20,000 bases of DNA, from positions 44,290 to 64,289 of the forward strand of contig JBDROZ010000053.1 of NCBI GenBank assembly GCA_043809585.1, in the 5' to 3' direction. Position numbers and translations under genes: made by a program. This stretch comes from Candidatus Eiseniibacteriota bacterium. GTDB taxonomy: Bacteria > Orphanbacterota > Orphanbacteria > Orphanbacterales > Orphanbacteraceae. Each line of letters opens with the position of its first letter. Position 1 is the first letter of the stretch. Under the pieces are notes generated by a model, which did no database searches, was not told the origin of the DNA, and saw only the letters and a program-made list of their open reading frames with translations. This document shows positions 16,837-20,000 of the stretch, piece after piece.

Positions 16837-18354
16837 ATGATCATGGGGCGGATCCGCCGGAACCGGTGGCTCGACCGGGCGTGGGTGGCGGGGCTCGGCG
16901 TGTGTTGCGGTCTTCTGATCTCGGCCAACTGCAAGTGGACCCCCTCGTCGAACGCGGGGGACCGGTCCGGGCCCGCGCCGGCGTCCGCCCCCTCGGATCT
17001 CCGGCTCCCCCCGCCCCCCGCCGGGAAGGGGGGGGTCGCGGTGGGCACATTCGAGTCTCCCTTCGTGGCCGTGGCCGAGCGGGTGCAGGAGGCGGTGGTG
17101 AACGTGAACACCCGGAAGACCTTCGAGCACCCGCCGATTCCCGGGTGGGGGGATGATCCGCTCCGCGATCTTCTTCCGGAGATGGACGGTCCCATGGACG
17201 TCCCGTCGAGCGCGTCGGGCTTCGTCTTCGACGAACGGGGTTACGTGATCACCAACAACCACGTGATCCAGGACGCCGAGGAGGTCATGGTCACTTTCAT
17301 GGACGGCCGGGAATTCGCCGCCGACGTGGTGGGCGTCGATCCGAGCACGGACGTGGCGGTGCTCCGGATCGAGGGGGGAGAGCCCTTCCCGGTCCTCCCC
17401 CTCGGCGATTCGGAGCGGATCCGCGTCGGCGATTGGGCGATCGCCGTCGGTAACCCGTTCGGGTATCTCCAAGGGACCGTCACGGTCGGCGTGATCAGCG
17501 CGAAAGGGCGGGCCGATCTGGACATCGCCGGCGGGACTCCCGTCTACCAGAACTTCATCCAGACCGACGCGTCGATCAACTTCGGCAACTCCGGGGGGCC
17601 CCTCGTCGATATCCACGGCGAGGTGATCGGCGTCAACACGGCCATCAACCCTTCGGGCCAGGGGATCGGCTTCGCGATTCCCATCAATCTCGCGAAGCGG
17701 ATCGCCGGCGAGTTGATCGCGAGCGGCCGGGTGATCCGGGCGTATCTCGGCGTCTATCCCCAGGAGCTGACGCCGGAGATCGTCGAGGCGAAGGGCCTCG
17801 GATCGATCCGGGGGATTCTCGTCGGGCAGGTGGTGCCGGGCGCGCCGGCCGAACGGGGGGGGCTCGAGCGGGGCGACGTCATCCTCTCCTTCGACGGCGT
17901 GGAGACGGGCGACGTCGCCCGGTTCCGGATGGTCGTCGCCGACAGCGAGGTCGGCACGGACGTGGAGATGGTGTACATGCGGGACGGCGAGCGGCGGACG
18001 GCGACGGTCCGTCTCGCCGAGCGCCCCGATGTGGCCGCCGCGGCGGAGCGGCCGGGGCCCGAGGAGTCGTGGCTCGGCCTCAACGTGGTCGAACCCGCGG
18101 AGGAGCCCGACGCGGTTCGCGCCCTCGGTCTCGAAGGGGAAGCGGGAGTGCTCGTCTCCGGCGTCGAACGGGGGAGCCCCGCATGGCGCGCCGGCCTCCG
18201 GGCGGGCGATCTCATCCAGGAGATCGACGACCGGGTCGTGGATGGTCTCGGCGGCTACGGCGACGCGCGCCGGGCGCTCAGGAACCGGGAAGACCCGATC
18301 ATGTTCCTCGTCCTCCGGGGAGGCTTCACCCAGTACCTGGCGGTGCGCCCCTGA
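16837..18354 (+). CDS. degP: HtrA/DegP-DegQ family serine endoprotease with two PDZ domains
   Basis: TNNHV, TDVAVL, QTDASINFGNSGGPL catalytic triad; two PDZ domains; N-terminal hydrophobic segment. Confidence 0.93.
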   Translation: MIMGRIRRNRWLDRAWVAGLGVCCGLLISANCKWTPSSNAGDRSGPAPASAPSDLRLPPPPAGKGGVAVGTFESPFVAVAERVQEAVVNVNTRKTFEHPPIPGWGDDPLRDLLPEMDGPMDVPSSASGFVFDERGYVITNNHVIQDAEEVMVTFMDGREFAADVVGVDPSTDVAVLRIEGGEPFPVLPLGDSERIRVGDWAIAVGNPFGYLQGTVTVGVISAKGRADLDIAGGTPVYQNFIQTDASINFGNSGGPLVDIHGEVIGVNTAINPSGQGIGFAIPINLAKRIAGELIASGRVIRAYLGVYPQELTPEIVEAKGLGSIRGILVGQVVPGAPAERGGLERGDVILSFDGVETGDVARFRMVVADSEVGTDVEMVYMRDGERRTATVRLAERPDVAAAAERPGPEESWLGLNVVEPAEEPDAVRALGLEGEAGVLVSGVERGSPAWRAGLRAGDLIQEIDDRVVDGLGGYGDARRALRNREDPIMFLVLRGGFTQYLAVRP

Positions 18355-18363
18355 CCGGTCCTT

Positions 18364-18552
18364 CCTCTAGCCTGGATTATGCACAAATCTCCTACTGCGA
18401 TCTGGGATCGCCGCCTGCGAAGCCTCCTTTCCGTCGCCGCCTCCTCGACGTAGTGCATGACTACGCCTCCGGTGGCGGCTCGTCCAAGTCGGCTTCTCGT
18501 CAGGCGATCCGAGCCCTCGTGACGGAGATTCGTGCATAATCCAGGCTAGAGG
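18364..18552. mobile_element. MITE-like non-autonomous palindromic element (~190 bp)
   Basis: 29-bp terminal inverted repeats CCTCTAGCCTGGATTATGCAC(A/G)AATCTCC with one mismatch; nested internal stems GGATCGCC/GGCGATCC, GAAGCC/GGCTTC, GCCGCC/GGCGGC, CGTAGT/ACTACG; CTAG at both ends. Confidence 0.75.
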
Positions 18553-18809
18553 CTTCGATAGACGTCCTTCCGATGGCCGACCTTCACGACGACGATCACC
18601 AGGACCTCGTCCTCGATCTCGTAGATGATTCGATAGTCCCCCCGGCGGATCCGGTACCGCTCCTGGCCCGAGATCTTCTCGGCCCCCGGACGATGGGGAT
18701 CTTCCGCGAGGTCGCGGAAGCAGCGCAGGATCCGCTCGACATCCCGGTTCGGCAGGCCTCGCAGATCCTTTGCCACCGATTTCTTGAACACCAGCCTATA
18801 GCTTGCCAT
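18546..18809 (-). CDS. relE: Type II toxin, RelE/ParE family
   Basis: MASYRLVFKKSVAKDL...YRIRRGDYRIIYEI...VVKVGHRKDVY; overlaps the antitoxin 3' end. Confidence 0.92.
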   Translation of the reverse strand: MASYRLVFKKSVAKDLRGLPNRDVERILRCFRDLAEDPHRPGAEKISGQERYRIRRGDYRIIYEIEDEVLVIVVVKVGHRKDVYRSL

Positions 18810-19029
18810 GAGCCCGCAGGTCTCGGAGCAGCTGCTCGTACGAGATCGTGGATTCCCCTTCCCGCGCCTCGAACGCCGCGAGGTCATCGTGGTCCTCCCG
18901 GAGGGACTCCCGGACCGCGTCGTTCACCAGCTCGGAGAGGCTCCGCCGGGTGTGGGCCGCCTTGACCCGCAGCGCCCGGTGCAGATTGGGCTCGAAATAG
19001 ACCGTGGAACGCTTGGTGGGCTCGCTCAT
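18796..19029 (-). CDS. CopG/ribbon-helix-helix antitoxin
   Basis: KRSTVYFEPNLHRALRVKAA...SLSELVNDAVRESL, acidic C-terminal half; GGAGGTGA RBS; lies directly upstream of relE. Confidence 0.88.
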   Translation of the reverse strand: MSEPTKRSTVYFEPNLHRALRVKAAHTRRSLSELVNDAVRESLREDHDDLAAFEAREGESTISYEQLLRDLRAHGKL

Positions 19030-19049
19030 CCGATTCACCTCCCGGAGCC

Positions 19050-19092
19050 AGACTAGCACTAAAACATTAGAATGTCAAGACGTCACAACGTC
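19050..19092 (-). promoter_or_regulatory. TA promoter with overlapping palindromic operators
   Basis: TTGACA (19073-19078) -17 nt- TAGTCT (19050-19055) with an extended TG; palindromes ACATT-AG-AATGT (19064-19075) and GACGT-CACA-ACGTC (19079-19092). Confidence 0.75.
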
Positions 19093-19220
19093 CTGGATCG
19101 AAGGAATCTGATACCTACGGAACCAGGGTCATTTTGGAGCCCGGGCGGCACTCAGGACGAACGGCTTCTTCAGGCCCCGCCCGGACGATGACTTCGCACC
19201 GGCCTCGCCCGCTCCCTCTC

Positions 19221-20000
19221 TCAACAGATCCTCGGCAGCTGCTCCCCGCTCAGCATGTCCAGCACCCGCTTCGCGCCGATGCGGCTCTTGACCGTGACCG
19301 GTGGGGATGCGTCGGCGACGACCGAGCCGATGACCGTCGCGCTTTCGGAAACCGGAAAAGCACGCAGGATGTCGACCGCCCGTTCCACATCGGCGGCATC
19401 CACGAAGGCGACGAAGCGCCCCTCGTTCGCCACGTAGAGAGGATCGAAGCCGAGGATCTCGCACGCGCTCCGGACATCCTCCCGGACCGGCACGAGGGTC
19501 TCGTCGATGCCGATGCCGAGGTCCGCGGTCTCGGCGATCTCGTTCAGGGCGCTCGCGAGCCCCCCCCGTGTCAGGTCTCGGAGGCACCGCACGCGGATCC
19601 CCTCCTCGAAGAGCCGGAGCACAGGTTCCGTCACCGGGGCCGAATCGCTCTCGATGGAGCTCTCGAACTCGAGCCCCTCCCGGACCGCCATGATCGCCAT
19701 CCCGTGACGCCCCACATCCCCCGACAGGATCACGGCGTCGCCGAGGCGCACGCTGCCTGCGCCGATGATCTCCTTCGCCACCGGCACGCCAACCCCCGCC
19801 GTGTTGATGAAGATCCCGTCCCCCTTCCCCCGGTCGACCACCTTGGTGTCGCCGGTGACCAGATCCACCCCGGCTTCCCGGGCCGCTCCCTGCATCGATT
19901 GCACCACCCGCCACAGCGTCTCCATCTCCAGCCCTTCCTCGATGATGAACCCCGCGCTCAGATACCGGGGCCGGGCCCCGCACATGGCCAGGTCGTTCAC
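19221..20000 (-). CDS. hypE: [NiFe]-hydrogenase maturation protein HypE (5' part outside the window)
   Basis: [30 protein letters not shown]-terminal GEQLPRIC. Confidence 0.96.
   Translation of the reverse strand: MNDLAMCGARPRYLSAGFIIEEGLEMETLWRVVQSMQGAAREAGVDLVTGDTKVVDRGKGDGIFINTAGVGVPVAKEIIGAGSVRLGDAVILSGDVGRHGMAIMAVREGLEFESSIESDSAPVTEPVLRLFEEGIRVRCLRDLTRGGLASALNEIAETADLGIGIDETLVPVREDVRSACEILGFDPLYVANEGRFVAFVDAADVERAVDILRAFPVSESATVIGSVVADASPPVTVKSRIGAKRVLDMLSGEQLPRIC

Noticed and set aside
12222-17616. Long ORFs 12222..14288(-), 14451..15476(-) and the N-terminal extensions of 15493..17616(-) and 15613..16833(+)
   Set aside because: They are antisense to the M6-like, PorV-like, lpxH and degP genes; the true starts are at 16260 and 16369.

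Overview
GC-rich bacterial DNA. A T9SS-type C-terminal domain protein and a PorV-like barrel suggest an FCB-superphylum-like lineage (inference). The left 11 kb is one minus-strand, mostly translationally coupled operon: a MarR regulator with a Cys-rich tail, four-subunit 2-oxoacid:ferredoxin oxidoreductase (korDABC), a GltD/NfnB-like flavoprotein-ferredoxin-MvhD fusion, an HdrD-like CCG protein, an HdrA-MvhD fusion, a Zn-ribbon microprotein and a hemerythrin-domain protein. The ORF track splits hdrA at an in-frame TGA (3186-3188). That TGA sits at a conserved Fe-S Cys position and is followed by a SECIS-like GGUC-loop hairpin, so HdrA is very probably an 833-aa selenoprotein. The right half holds an M6-protease-like CTD protein that has lost its zinc/catalytic motif, a PorV/PorQ-like gene, an LpxH-like gene, a hypothetical gene, degP, a MITE-like rod hairpin, an RHH/RelE toxin-antitoxin pair and the 3' part of hypE. 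The first 560 bp contain nested REP-like hairpins and an unexplained direct-repeat/inverted-repeat cassette.
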